Shown: piece by piece, positions 7,397-16,154 of the stretch | Position numbering within the stretch: the first letter of the stretch is position 1 | How the letters are laid out: every line of letters begins with the position of its first letter | Source: Verrucomicrobiota bacterium | Lineage (GTDB): Bacteria > Verrucomicrobiota > Verrucomicrobiia > Verrucomicrobiales > DEV007 | Reading direction: 5' to 3' | Length of the DNA stretch: 31,270 nt | Assembly: GCA_045046875.1 (NCBI GenBank) | Contig: JASFYY010000144.1 | Coordinates: forward strand, 1 to 31,270 | The notes under the pieces: generated by a model | What the model saw: the letters and a program-made list of their open reading frames with translations, nothing else | Told to the model about the DNA's origin: nothing | Database searches by the model: none | Program-made: the position numbers and the translations under genes

Positions 7397-8914
7397 TTAC
7401 TCCCACTCAATACTCGCCGGCGGCTTAGACGAGATATCGTACAACACCCGGTTAACCCCTGGCACTTCATTCAAAATGCGGGTCGACACCTCCTCCAGCA
7501 GCTCATAAGGCAGATGCACCCACTTCGCCGTCATCGCATCCTCGCTCACCACCGCGCGCAAGTTCACCGCAAATTCATAAGACCGCTCATCGCCCTTCAC
7601 CCCCACCGTTTTCACCGGGATCAAACCCGCATACGCCTGCCATACCCGGTCATACCAATCGCGCTGACGCAGCACCTCGATAAAAATCGCGTCCGCTCCA
7701 CGAATGATCTCCAAACGCTCGAAAGTGATCGCTCCCGGACATCTCACCGCCAAACCCGGTCCAGGAAAAGGATGCCTGCCCACCACTTCCGCCGGCAAAC
7801 CCAAAACCTTACCCAGCGCTCTCACCTCGTCTTTGAACAACTCGTCAAGAGGCTCCAAAATCCGCCCTTGCTCTTTCAGCTCCATGATCTTATCAACCCG
7901 GTTATGATGCGTCTTAATCGTCGAAGCCATCGAGCCACTGGTCGCACTCTCGATCACATCGGGATACAAAGTCCCCTGAGCCAGCAACTCCACATCGTCA
8001 CCCACCGCATCAAAAAAGACCTTCACGAACAAACGCCCGATGATGCGGCGTTTCTCCTCAGGATCCGCCACCCCGGCCAAAGCCGACAAGTACATCTCCG
8101 AAGCATCAATCGTATTGATCTCGATCCCTATGCTATCAAATAAAGTCTGCACATCAGCCGCCTCGTTTTTACGCAGCAGACCCATATCGACAAAAATAAA
8201 GTGCGCATCCACACCTGCCTCGTGCAACAAAGCTGCCAAGACCGAGGAATCCACCCCGCCCGACACCCCGCACACCACCTTACGGCCACCCACATCTTCC
8301 TTGACCTTCTTCAACAAATAATCCTTGAAAGAATCAATCTTGAACTCCAACGGATCCTTCGCCATCTCAAGAAAGTTCTTCAGCAACTGCGTGCCTTCAT
8401 CACTGTGAGTCACCTCCGGGTGAAACTGAATCCCAAAACACTCTTCATCCCACTGCAGCGCCACTGGCACCGCATCGAGATTCTCCGCCAGCACCTTAGC
8501 CCCCTCGGGCAACTTGCTAACCGTATCCGAATGGCTCATCCAAATCTGCGAACGCTCACTCAGACCCGCAAACAATCCGCCCTGCTCCACTGGCACCAGC
8601 GTCGCCGGCCCATACTCACGTGTATGCCCCGGAGCCACCTCACCCCCAAATTTTAAATTCAGCAACTGCATGCCATAACAAACCCCCAAAATAGGAACTT
8701 CCATACTACGCAAATACTCAAAATCAATATCCGGCGCATCCTCTTCCAAGGTGCTACGCGGCCCTCCCGACAAAATAACCGCCGAAGGCTTCTCCACCAA
8801 CCTCAACTCACCCGGTTGCCACAATTTGGCAAAATACCCCAACTCCCTAATCCGCCGCACAATCAACTGCGTGTACTGCGAACCAAAATCTATCACTGCT
8901 ATCGAACGCTCCAT
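7397..8914 (-). CDS. guaA: GMP synthase (glutamine-hydrolysing)
   Basis: IDFGSQYTQLI, GVCYGMQ, FHPE, SGGVDSSV, HPFPGPGL and C-terminal KPPASIEWE. Confidence 0.98.
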   Translation of the reverse strand: MERSIAVIDFGSQYTQLIVRRIRELGYFAKLWQPGELRLVEKPSAVILSGGPRSTLEEDAPDIDFEYLRSMEVPILGVCYGMQLLNLKFGGEVAPGHTREYGPATLVPVEQGGLFAGLSERSQIWMSHSDTVSKLPEGAKVLAENLDAVPVALQWDEECFGIQFHPEVTHSDEGTQLLKNFLEMAKDPLEFKIDSFKDYLLKKVKEDVGGRKVVCGVSGGVDSSVLAALLHEAGVDAHFIFVDMGLLRKNEAADVQTLFDSIGIEINTIDASEMYLSALAGVADPEEKRRIIGRLFVKVFFDAVGDDVELLAQGTLYPDVIESATSGSMASTIKTHHNRVDKIMELKEQGRILEPLDELFKDEVRALGKVLGLPAEVVGRHPFPGPGLAVRCPGAITFERLEIIRGADAIFIEVLRQRDWYDRVWQAYAGLIPVKTVGVKGDERSYEFAVNLRAVVSEDAMTAKWVHLPYELLEEVSTRILNEVPGVNRVLYDISSKPPASIEWE

Positions 8915-8966
8915 AAAAAAATAACCTTCCTACTGACAAAAAATACAAATAAAAATTCAAATCCCC

Positions 8967-8995
8967 ATCTGCGCAAATCTGCGCCATCTGCGGTT
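8967..8995 (+). repeat. Three-unit ATCTGCG repeat
   Basis: ATCTGCGCAA-ATCTGCGCC-ATCTGCGGTT, 7 nt from the guaB stop. Confidence 0.85.
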
Positions 8996-9002
8996 CCTCC
9001 TC

Positions 9003-10460
9003 CTAGCTCCTACTCTGATAATTCACCGGCTCCTCCGTGATCACGATGTCATGCGCATGACTCTCCTTCAATCCGCCCGTTGTGATCTGCGTGAACTGAG
9101 CCCGCTCGCGCAACTCTTTTAGACTGCCCGCCCCCACATACCCCATACCCGATCGCAAACCGCCCATCAGTTGAAAAATCGTATCCGCCAGCGGCCCACG
9201 ATAAGGCACTCGCCCCTCGACTCCCTCCGCCACCAGCTTACCACTGGAGTTCTGACCATAACGATCACCCGATCCCTGGCGCATCGCCTTCACCGATCCC
9301 ATACCGCGATACTCCTTAAAAGTTCGTCCCTGATAATTCACCGTATTGCCCGGACTCTCCGAAGTGCCCGCCAACAAGGAACCCAACATCACCAGATCCG
9401 CTCCCGCCGCCAGCGCTTTCACCACATCACCTGAATAGCGCATCCCCCCATCGGCAATCAAAGGAATACCCGCCTCCCGACAGCACTTCGAAACCTCCTG
9501 AATCGCCGTGAACTGCGGCACCCCTACTCCAGCAATCACCCGCGTGGTGCAAATCGAACCCGGTCCGACTCCCACCTTCACCGCCGATACACCCGCCGAA
9601 ACCAAATCCTCCGCTCCCTGAGTCGTCACCACATTGCCCGCGATCACCGGCACATCCCCTGACAACTCACGCAACTTCGCCACCACCTCAAGCACCCGTG
9701 AGGTATGCCCGGTCGCCGCATCGATGAACAAAGCATCCACCCCAGCTGCCACCAATGCCTCGCCACGTTCCAAAAAGTCCGGCCCCACACCGACCGCAGC
9801 GCCCGCGCGCAAACGCCCTTCACTGTCCTTCGCCGCGTTGAGAAATTTATGCCGCTTTTCAATATCCTGCCCCGTGATCAATCCCGCCAACTTGCCGCGG
9901 TCATCCACCAAAGGCAGTTTTTCGATGCGGTTCTGATACAAGATCCGCTGCGCCTCCTCCAAATCCGTCTCCACCGAGCCCGTCACCAATCTTTCGCGTG
10001 GTGTCATCACACTGCCCACCGTGGCCCCGCCATCCTCCACCTGCCAGATATCACGATTGGTCACCATGCCCTCCAAATTGCCCTCGGCATCCACCACCGG
10101 AAAGCCATTCACCCCTTTCACATCCATCACCCGCTTCAGTTCCTCCAGCGTAGTATCTTTCGACACCGTAAAAGGATCGCTGATCACCATATTCTCCGAA
10201 CGCTTGACCCGCGCCACCATGTCCGCTTGCTGCTCGATCAGATTATTGCGATGGATCACCCCAAGCCCGCCTTCACGCGCCAAGGCAATCGCCAGCTCCG
10301 CTTCCGTCACTGTATCCATCGCCGAAGATAGCACTGGAATATTCAACGGAATATCCGCCGCCACCCGCGTACTTAGATCCGTCTCAGACGGCAATATCTC
10401 GCTCTTCTGTGGAATCAGAAGAACATCATCAAAACTTAAACCAAGAGAAATTTCACCCAT
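9003..10460 (-). CDS. guaB: IMP dehydrogenase with CBS pair
   Basis: [19 protein letters not shown], catalytic [16 protein letters not shown] and YRGMGS. Confidence 0.98.
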   Translation of the reverse strand: MGEISLGLSFDDVLLIPQKSEILPSETDLSTRVAADIPLNIPVLSSAMDTVTEAELAIALAREGGLGVIHRNNLIEQQADMVARVKRSENMVISDPFTVSKDTTLEELKRVMDVKGVNGFPVVDAEGNLEGMVTNRDIWQVEDGGATVGSVMTPRERLVTGSVETDLEEAQRILYQNRIEKLPLVDDRGKLAGLITGQDIEKRHKFLNAAKDSEGRLRAGAAVGVGPDFLERGEALVAAGVDALFIDAATGHTSRVLEVVAKLRELSGDVPVIAGNVVTTQGAEDLVSAGVSAVKVGVGPGSICTTRVIAGVGVPQFTAIQEVSKCCREAGIPLIADGGMRYSGDVVKALAAGADLVMLGSLLAGTSESPGNTVNYQGRTFKEYRGMGSVKAMRQGSGDRYGQNSSGKLVAEGVEGRVPYRGPLADTIFQLMGGLRSGMGYVGAGSLKELRERAQFTQITTGGLKESHAHDIVITEEPVNYQSRS

Positions 10461-10465
10461 GTGAA

Positions 10466-10494
10466 ATATTTAAGAAGACCTGCCCCTTCGTCAA
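10466..10494 (-). promoter_or_regulatory. Putative sigma70 promoter of guaB-guaA (near-leaderless)
   Basis: Minus strand reads TTGACG-17 nt-AAATAT-5 nt-ATG. Confidence 0.5.
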
Positions 10495-10556
10495 CCAATT
10501 TCCGAGTCGCGAGTGAAGTTTTTTCAGTAAAAATAAACTCACACCAAAGCTATTTT

Positions 10557-10585
10557 TTGACACCAATGCACCAATGCACCATATT
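10557..10585 (+). promoter_or_regulatory. Putative sigma70 promoter and operator of vapBC
   Basis: TTGACA-17 nt-CATATT places +1 at about the ATG (10592). The direct repeats CACCAATG-CACCAATG-CACCA (10561-10581) span the spacer. Confidence 0.6.
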
Positions 10586-10591
10586 ATCTGC

Positions 10592-10879
10592 ATGCGACTG
10601 ACTATCAACTTAGAAGATGACCTTTACGCCATGGCACGTGCTCATTCTGTTGCCGAAAGAATTTCCATCAGCAAAGCCGTGAACGCTTTGCTGCGTCTCA
10701 ACAACGCATCCCAGCCCCCCACTTCACCAGCTACAGAAACAGGCAACAAGGAAACTTGCGGCTTACACCCAATATCAGGCTTCCCGGTATCCATAACAGC
10801 CTCACAAACCATGCCCGCCGACGCTGTGAACACTCTGGATAACGAGCAAGACGAGCGCAGCTACCATGTTAAACCATGA
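10592..10879 (+). CDS. vapB: Ribbon-helix-helix antitoxin (VapB-like)
   Basis: MRLTINLEDDLYAMARAHS...SISKAVNALLR RHH pattern; ATGA overlap with the PIN gene. Start moved from 10574 to 10592. Confidence 0.78.
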   Translation: MRLTINLEDDLYAMARAHSVAERISISKAVNALLRLNNASQPPTSPATETGNKETCGLHPISGFPVSITASQTMPADAVNTLDNEQDERSYHVKP

Positions 10880-11289
10880 CCTATTTACTCGATGGCAATG
10901 TTTTGGTGGCAATGAGCCTGTCCGGCCACCCGCACCACGAAAGAGTTCACCAATGGTTAGCTAGTCTTAAAAAAAATGACCGTATAGCAACTTGCCCATT
11001 CACAGAAGGCACTCTTTTGCGCCTCCACATGCGCTTTGCAAATGATCCATCTTCGGCAGCCGCCTGGGCGGTGCTCTCCGCAGTTCAGCAACACCCCCGA
11101 CACACTTTCTGGTCGGACAACTTCTCCTATCAAAAAATCCCCAATGATCGTCTCACCAAGCACGCACAAATAAGCGATGCATGGTTGGCTGAACTCACCC
11201 GGCGAAAAAAGAGCCTGGTTGCCACTCTCGACAACGAGTTCTCGATCTTACACGGAGACGTCGCCATCTTAATCCCCGTCGTGATCTAA
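10876..11289 (+). CDS. vapC: PIN-domain ribonuclease toxin (VapC-like)
   Basis: YLLDGNVLVA, TEG, ISDAWL and ATLD acidic PIN residues. Confidence 0.88.
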   Translation: MTYLLDGNVLVAMSLSGHPHHERVHQWLASLKKNDRIATCPFTEGTLLRLHMRFANDPSSAAAWAVLSAVQQHPRHTFWSDNFSYQKIPNDRLTKHAQISDAWLAELTRRKKSLVATLDNEFSILHGDVAILIPVVI

Positions 11290-11490
11290 ACGATTCTCCC
11301 CCTTTTTCCATTCATCGGTCAACAGCCCGGAAAAACCCCAGTTCTCCTCCTCAACTTCCTGGATCACCACATGAATGTGCTCCGGCTTTTTATCAAGCAC
11401 CCGCACCAAAGAGTCCGTCACCTCCGCGACCAACTGCGCCTTCTGCTCCCGCGTAGCCCCCTTAATAATCTGAATATTCACACACGGCAT
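11269..11490 (-). CDS. 4-oxalocrotonate tautomerase family protein
   Basis: Pro-1 after Met, TREQKAQLVAEVT and HVVIQEVEEENWG. Confidence 0.9.
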   Translation of the reverse strand: MPCVNIQIIKGATREQKAQLVAEVTDSLVRVLDKKPEHIHVVIQEVEEENWGFSGLLTDEWKKGENRLDHDGD

Positions 11491-11511
11491 ATCAAAAACA
11501 TCTTCTTTCCC

Positions 11512-11589
11512 ATCCGCGCCTATTTGACTTCAGGCGACATCTTCCGTCTGTCTCATTTCGTTGCGACTGCGCAATCCGTGGTCAAATCA
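11512..11589 (+). repeat. Composite ATCCGYG...CCGTGGT element, copy 1
   Basis: Degenerate homologue of 15549-15615: both start ATCCGYGCC(T)ATTTGWCTT and end CCGTGGTYAAATCA. Confidence 0.6.
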
Positions 11590-11651
11590 ATCCATCCTCT
11601 TATCCCCTCTACTGGGCGGTGTATTTCCGTGATCAAAACGCCCCAATTCTT

Positions 11652-11712
11652 ATTCGTGTTTATTCGTGTCCATCTTGACTCGCCATAGCTTTAGCGACGG
11701 CGGTTCGTGGTT
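11652..11712 (+). repeat. Three-unit ATTCGTG repeat interrupted by a 30-nt hairpin insert
   Basis: ATTCGTGTTT-ATTCGTGTCC-AT[CTTGACTCGCCATAGCTTTAGCGACGGCGG]TTCGTGGTT, 11 nt from the pyrE stop. Confidence 0.75.
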
Positions 11713-11723
11713 CAACTCCCCCC

Positions 11724-12326
11724 CTACTCCACCCGCTTCGTCCCCGGTCTCACCACTGGGATCTCCGCCAACCACTCCGGCACTTCATCCGGCGCATAAA
11801 TAGGAAACTCCACCTCCATACAAGAAACCACCGGTATCCCCGCCACTTCCTTTTTCCCCGAACGGTTCACCATCACAAAAATCCCCGCCACCTCACCGCC
11901 TCGATCGGTGATAAAATCCGTCAGCTCCAACAGTGTGCCACCCGTAGTGATCACATCCTCCACCATCAACACCCGCTCGCCCTCTGCAATCTCAAAACCG
12001 CGCTTCAACTCCATTTCATTAGTCTCCACATTGCGCTCCGAATAAATCGTGCGTGCATGCAAAGCCAATCCCACCTGCTGCCCCACCGGCACTCCACCCA
12101 TTGCCGGACTTAAAACCACGTCAATCTGCCCCAACTCGCGCATCGCCTCGACCCGCTGCTCGATCATCTGCTGCTGCTCCCAGGGATGCTGCACCAGTTT
12201 CCCCTTCTTCACATAATAGTTAGAGTGATTGCCACTGGCCAACAAAAAATGGCCTTCTTCCACAGCGCCATACCCCTTGAGCAATTCGATCGTTTCAGCC
12301 GAGGACTTCGGTAATTTGGTTTGCAT
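11724..12326 (-). CDS. pyrE: Orotate phosphoribosyltransferase
   Basis: GHFLLASGNHSNYY and the PRPP motif VLMVEDVITTGGT. Start taken at MQTKLP (12326). Confidence 0.93.
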   Translation of the reverse strand: MQTKLPKSSAETIELLKGYGAVEEGHFLLASGNHSNYYVKKGKLVQHPWEQQQMIEQRVEAMRELGQIDVVLSPAMGGVPVGQQVGLALHARTIYSERNVETNEMELKRGFEIAEGERVLMVEDVITTGGTLLELTDFITDRGGEVAGIFVMVNRSGKKEVAGIPVVSCMEVEFPIYAPDEVPEWLAEIPVVRPGTKRVE

Positions 12327-13059
12327 AATCTTCTGCTTTATCCGCAAAGCTTCTTTTGGGTTCGTGATAGAGAATGCCACGCGATACATTGACAATGTTC
12401 GGCGCGCTACGCGTCTGACCCGCAATCGCCTCAAGATCCCCGCCCTGAGCCCCCAGTCCGGGAATCAACAGCGGCACATCCGGCACCCGATCCAAAATTT
12501 CTTCATCGACATTGGTCAAACCCAGCACCAAACCAACCTGCTCAGGTCTCTTCTGTGCCATTTTGCCAACCAACTCATATACCGAACGGCCATCGATCAA
12601 CTCCTTGCGCTGAATATCCCTCGATCCCTCGTTGGTCGTCACACCAAGCAGATACACCCCCTTGTCCGGGTATTCCAAAAACGGCCCCATCGTCTGGGCA
12701 CCCAGATAGGGACTCAAAGTCACCGCATCCACATCCCATCTCCCAAAGTAAGCTTTGGCATAATATTCCTGAGTCGCTCCGATATCACCACGTTTGCAAT
12801 CCAGGATCACAGGAATCTCCTCTGGAATCCAAGTCAACAAATCCTCCAACAACTGATAACCCTCGACTCCCAAAGCTTCAAAATAAGCAATATTGGGTTT
12901 GAACGCAGCGGCAAACTCAGCCGTTTCTTCGATCACTTCCTGCAGCCAGGCTTCAAGATCGTCGGTGGGGTGTTGATCTGGGCGGGGATCCAAACCCACG
13001 CACAACCGTGATTCCACGGATTCGATCCGCTCCGCTAGTTTGTCAGCATAAGAACTCAT
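12295..13059 (-). CDS. pyrF: Orotidine-5'-phosphate decarboxylase
   Basis: LCVGLDP, FKPNIAYFEALG, DCKRGDIGAT, PGLGAQGG and NVSRGI. Confidence 0.96.
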   Translation of the reverse strand: MSSYADKLAERIESVESRLCVGLDPRPDQHPTDDLEAWLQEVIEETAEFAAAFKPNIAYFEALGVEGYQLLEDLLTWIPEEIPVILDCKRGDIGATQEYYAKAYFGRWDVDAVTLSPYLGAQTMGPFLEYPDKGVYLLGVTTNEGSRDIQRKELIDGRSVYELVGKMAQKRPEQVGLVLGLTNVDEEILDRVPDVPLLIPGLGAQGGDLEAIAGQTRSAPNIVNVSRGILYHEPKRSFADKAEDYANQITEVLG

Positions 13060-13089
13060 ATAAGGAAAACCGATTCCCCTACACCCAAA

Positions 13090-14373
13090 CTACCGACTCA
13101 GCAAGAATTCTCCGTCCTTGATCACCGATATAATTTGTCCGTCCAATTCCTGATCCAAAAACGGCGTATTGGAACTCTTCGATTGCATGAAGTCCTTGCT
13201 GAATTTTGTCTTGCGATTGGGATCAAAAACAATGAACTCCGCCACGCCCCCCTCGGTTATCGGTACTGGCTCTAGATTTGCCAGTCGGCGCGGTTCAGCT
13301 GAGTAGCGTTTCACCAACACATCCCAGCCAAAAACCCCGCTCTTCACAAAATGATGATACAGAGACACCAAAGCCGTATCCAAACCCGTGATCCCAAAAG
13401 GCGCGCTGCCAAAATCGCTGTTCTTCTCAAACTCCGTATGCGGCGCATGATCCGTGGCGATCACATCAATCAAACCCTCGACCAAAGCCTGCTGCAGGCT
13501 CTCACAGTCCTCCGCCGCACGCAGCGGTGGGTTCATCTTATAATGAGTGTCGTAGTCGCCCACATGTTGCTCGTTAAATATCAAATGATGCGGTGTCACT
13601 TCACAAGTCACCCGCACCCCCGCCTCCTTGAAGCGCCGGATCGTTGCCACCCCCTCGGCCGAACTCACGTGCTGGATGTGCACATGCGCACCGGTGTATT
13701 GAGCCAGACGAATATCCCGGCTGATACAAATTTCCTCACTGCACGCCGGAATCCCGGGAATGCCCAGTCGATAACTGACCGCCCCTTCATTCATCGCCCC
13801 CTTGCCACTTAGCTCCTGCGTCTCGCAGTGCATCGCCAACATCAAATCAAAACGCTTGGCATACTCCATCGCCCGCAGCAGAACCATCGCATCAGCAATC
13901 GAATCCCCGTCATCGGTCAACAAAGGAGCACCCTTGTTTTTCATCCCCGCAATCCCCGCCAACTCCTTGCCCGCCCGTCCCTTGGTGATGCAACCCGCCT
14001 GAAAAATTGGAATACGTGATTTTTCCGCCGCGATATCGAGCACCGACTGCAACAAACCACCACTGTCAATCGCCGGCAAAGTGTTCGGCATCAGCACCAG
14101 CCCCGTCACTCCACCATTGATCGCCGCCTCACTGCACGTCGCGATCGTCTCCTTGTCCTCACGCCCCGGCTCGCGTGCGTGCACATGCATGTCAAACATC
14201 GCCGGCGCCAGCACACAGCCCGCACAATCCACCACCTTCGCCCCCTCTGGAGCCACCAAATCAGCCGCCACTTTCGAGATCTTTCCACCCTCGAGCAGCA
14301 CATCCGACTGCTGCAATTGAGCCGAATCCTCCGCGGCCACTTGCCCGCCTTTGAATAAAATCAATTCACCCAT
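13090..14373 (-). CDS. pyrC: Dihydroorotase
   Basis: DMHVHAREPG, MPNT, EVTPHHL, KMNPPLR and ATDHAPH. Confidence 0.96.
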   Translation of the reverse strand: MGELILFKGGQVAAEDSAQLQQSDVLLEGGKISKVAADLVAPEGAKVVDCAGCVLAPAMFDMHVHAREPGREDKETIATCSEAAINGGVTGLVLMPNTLPAIDSGGLLQSVLDIAAEKSRIPIFQAGCITKGRAGKELAGIAGMKNKGAPLLTDDGDSIADAMVLLRAMEYAKRFDLMLAMHCETQELSGKGAMNEGAVSYRLGIPGIPACSEEICISRDIRLAQYTGAHVHIQHVSSAEGVATIRRFKEAGVRVTCEVTPHHLIFNEQHVGDYDTHYKMNPPLRAAEDCESLQQALVEGLIDVIATDHAPHTEFEKNSDFGSAPFGITGLDTALVSLYHHFVKSGVFGWDVLVKRYSAEPRRLANLEPVPITEGGVAEFIVFDPNRKTKFSKDFMQSKSSNTPFLDQELDGQIISVIKDGEFLLSR

Positions 14374-15313
14374 CAGTCATCCCTCCTGGTTTCAACCAAT
14401 ACAAAGCCGCCATCCGTGTGGCAATGCCATTCTCCACCTGCTGATTGATCAAACAACGCTCATAAGTCATCGCCTCATCCACAATCTCCACTCCACGATT
14501 CACCGGCCCCGGATGCATCAAGTAAATCCCCTCACCCTCCACCTGCTTAAAACGCTCACTGGTCAGCCCATACACCCGGTGATACTCCGCCAGGCTAGGG
14601 AAAAATTGCTGCTCCTGCCTCTCCATCTGCACCCGTAGCAAGTAAACCACATCCGGCTTCCAAGCCAGGGCGTCTTCCCAGTTCCAAAATGCATTCATGT
14701 AATCCGGGCGCCCCTTGGGAACCAAACTGCCCGGCCCCAGCACACTCACCTCCATGCCCAGCTTACGCATGATGGTGCTGGTCGAACGCGCCACCCGCGA
14801 ATGCAGGATGTCCCCCACGATCAAAATCTTCTTCTTCTCCGTCTGCGGAAACACCTCGCGCACGGTAAATGCATCGAGCAAAGCCTGAGTCGGGTGAGCG
14901 TGATAACCATCACCCGCATTCAGCACCGACGCCTTGGTGTGCTTCGCGATCAAGGCAGGCACCCCCGAAGCGCCATGACGGATCACAATATAATCCGTGC
15001 GCATCGCCTGCAAAGTCTCGATTGTATCCAGAATCGACTCCCCCTTCACCACCGCCGAAGTGGACACCGCAAAATTCGTCACATCCGCCGACAGCCGGTT
15101 CGCCGCCACCTCGAACGACGTCCGTGTCCGCGTCGAAGGTTCATAGAACAAAGTCAGCACCGTCTTGCCCCGCAGCGTCGGCACCTTCTTTACCGAACGG
15201 CGAAACAGCTCCTTAAACGGCCCCGCCGTCTTCAGAAGATATTCAATCTCCCCAATGCTCAAGCTCTCAACATCGAGTAAATCTTTCCGAGATTTTATAT
15301 CAGTTTCCGCCAC
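14366..15313 (-). CDS. pyrB: Aspartate carbamoyltransferase catalytic subunit
   Basis: FYEPSTRTRTSFE, HPTQALLD, GDILHSRVARS and MHPGPVNRGVE; GTG start. Confidence 0.97.
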   Translation of the reverse strand: MAETDIKSRKDLLDVESLSIGEIEYLLKTAGPFKELFRRSVKKVPTLRGKTVLTLFYEPSTRTRTSFEVAANRLSADVTNFAVSTSAVVKGESILDTIETLQAMRTDYIVIRHGASGVPALIAKHTKASVLNAGDGYHAHPTQALLDAFTVREVFPQTEKKKILIVGDILHSRVARSTSTIMRKLGMEVSVLGPGSLVPKGRPDYMNAFWNWEDALAWKPDVVYLLRVQMERQEQQFFPSLAEYHRVYGLTSERFKQVEGEGIYLMHPGPVNRGVEIVDEAMTYERCLINQQVENGIATRMAALYWLKPGGMTDG

Positions 15314-15459
15314 GCTTTATATTTCTTACTAAACCCCTATCTCACCAAATTTCCAAGCAAAAATCTTTCCCCACATTTCAATCCCCTCCTCTTTTCCATG
15401 TTTTTCGTAGTTACCCTCTTCTCTTTAACATTCATCCGCAGCCAAAACCCCCTCTTCTT

Positions 15460-15525
15460 TTTTTCGTGTTTTTCGTGTTTTTCGTGTTTTTCGTGTTTTT
15501 CGTGTTTTTCGTGTTTTTCGTGGTT
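15460..15525 (+). repeat. Perfect tandem repeat (TTTTTCGTG)x7 followed by GTT
   Basis: Seven exact 9-nt units at 15460-15522; a degenerate two-unit copy lies at 15392-15412. Confidence 0.95.
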
Positions 15526-15548
15526 AACCTCTTCTCCCATCCCCCCTT

Positions 15549-15615
15549 ATCCGTGCCATTTGTCTTTGCGTAATAATCTCCGGCTATCTCGCTACGCTCG
15601 GCCGTGGTTAAATCA
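15549..15615 (+). repeat. Composite ATCCGYG...CCGTGGT element, copy 2
   Basis: ATCCGTGCCAT[TTGTC...CTCGCTACGCTCGG]CCGTGGTTAAATCA, running into the pyrR stop codon. Confidence 0.6.
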
Positions 15616-16146
15616 TCTTTCTTCTCTCAAAAAAACCCCTTCCCGATCATCATCCTCCGCAAAGCGCACCGCCACATAATCCCCCGCCTCCGTATCCACC
15701 TTCAGCCCCACATAATCCGGCTGCAAAGGTAATTCCCGGTTACCACGATCGACCAACACCGCCAGCTCCACCCTCGACGGTCTGCCATAATCCATCAACA
15801 CATCCAAAGCCGCCCGGGTCGTGCGCCCGGTGTACATCACCTCGTCAAAAAGAATCACCCGGGTGCCATCCACCCCGAACGGGATATCAGAACTCTCCAA
15901 CTTCGGCGCACTTTCCAAAGCATCCAAATCATCGCGGTAAAGCGACACATCCAGAGTTCCCAGCGCGATCTCCGGCCACTCATCCTGCAAAGCCTGCTTC
16001 ACCCGCTTGGCCAAAGTCACCCCACGGGTATAAACTCCGACAAAAGCCGGCACCTCATTGCCGCAATTTTTGCGGATCTGAGCAGCGAGCTCATTCACCT
16101 TTTCAGTGATCCCCTCGCCACTCAATAATGTGCGTTCGCTTCCCAT
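15613..16146 (-). CDS. pyrR: Bifunctional pyr regulator / uracil phosphoribosyltransferase
   Basis: GVYTRGV, GTLDVSLYRDD, DEVMYTGRT and LVDRGNRELPLQPDYVG. Start taken at MGSERT (16146). Confidence 0.95.
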   Translation of the reverse strand: MGSERTLLSGEGITEKVNELAAQIRKNCGNEVPAFVGVYTRGVTLAKRVKQALQDEWPEIALGTLDVSLYRDDLDALESAPKLESSDIPFGVDGTRVILFDEVMYTGRTTRAALDVLMDYGRPSRVELAVLVDRGNRELPLQPDYVGLKVDTEAGDYVAVRFAEDDDREGVFLREER

Positions 16147-16154
16147 TTTGATAT

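Noticed and set aside
7213..7410. attL/attR duplication of the guaA 3' end, or an integrase for the island
   Set aside because: I found no second copy of the guaA terminal sequence and no recombinase gene in the window. The contig is broken on the left, so this is untestable rather than excluded.
7298..8143. Long plus-strand ORFs opposite guaA and other housekeeping genes (also 9705-10331, 12229-13011, 17379-17996, 20229-21176, and 24162-25142 on the minus strand)
   Set aside because: Antisense shadows of well-supported genes, with no recognisable motifs.
12327..12434. Extended N-termini in the ORF track (pyrE 12434, pyrR 16203, purD 18050, vapB 10574, sulfatase 23973)
   Set aside because: The extensions overlap neighbouring genes or predicted promoters and precede the family-typical starts.
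15337..15540. 67-aa HEK-repeat peptide ORF (and the antisense FSC-repeat ORF 15398-15679)
   Set aside because: These are translations of the 9-nt tandem repeat, which belongs to the non-coding repeat family.
15314..15612. PyrR-binding attenuator upstream of pyrB or pyrR
   Set aside because: I could not find the conserved AGUCC...AGAGG-type loop or a clear terminator with a U-tract on the coding strand. An Rfam/Infernal search would be needed.
7244..15615. CRISPR array interpretation of the intergenic repeats
   Set aside because: Units are 9-10 nt and directly tandem with no unique 25-45-nt spacers, and no cas genes are present.
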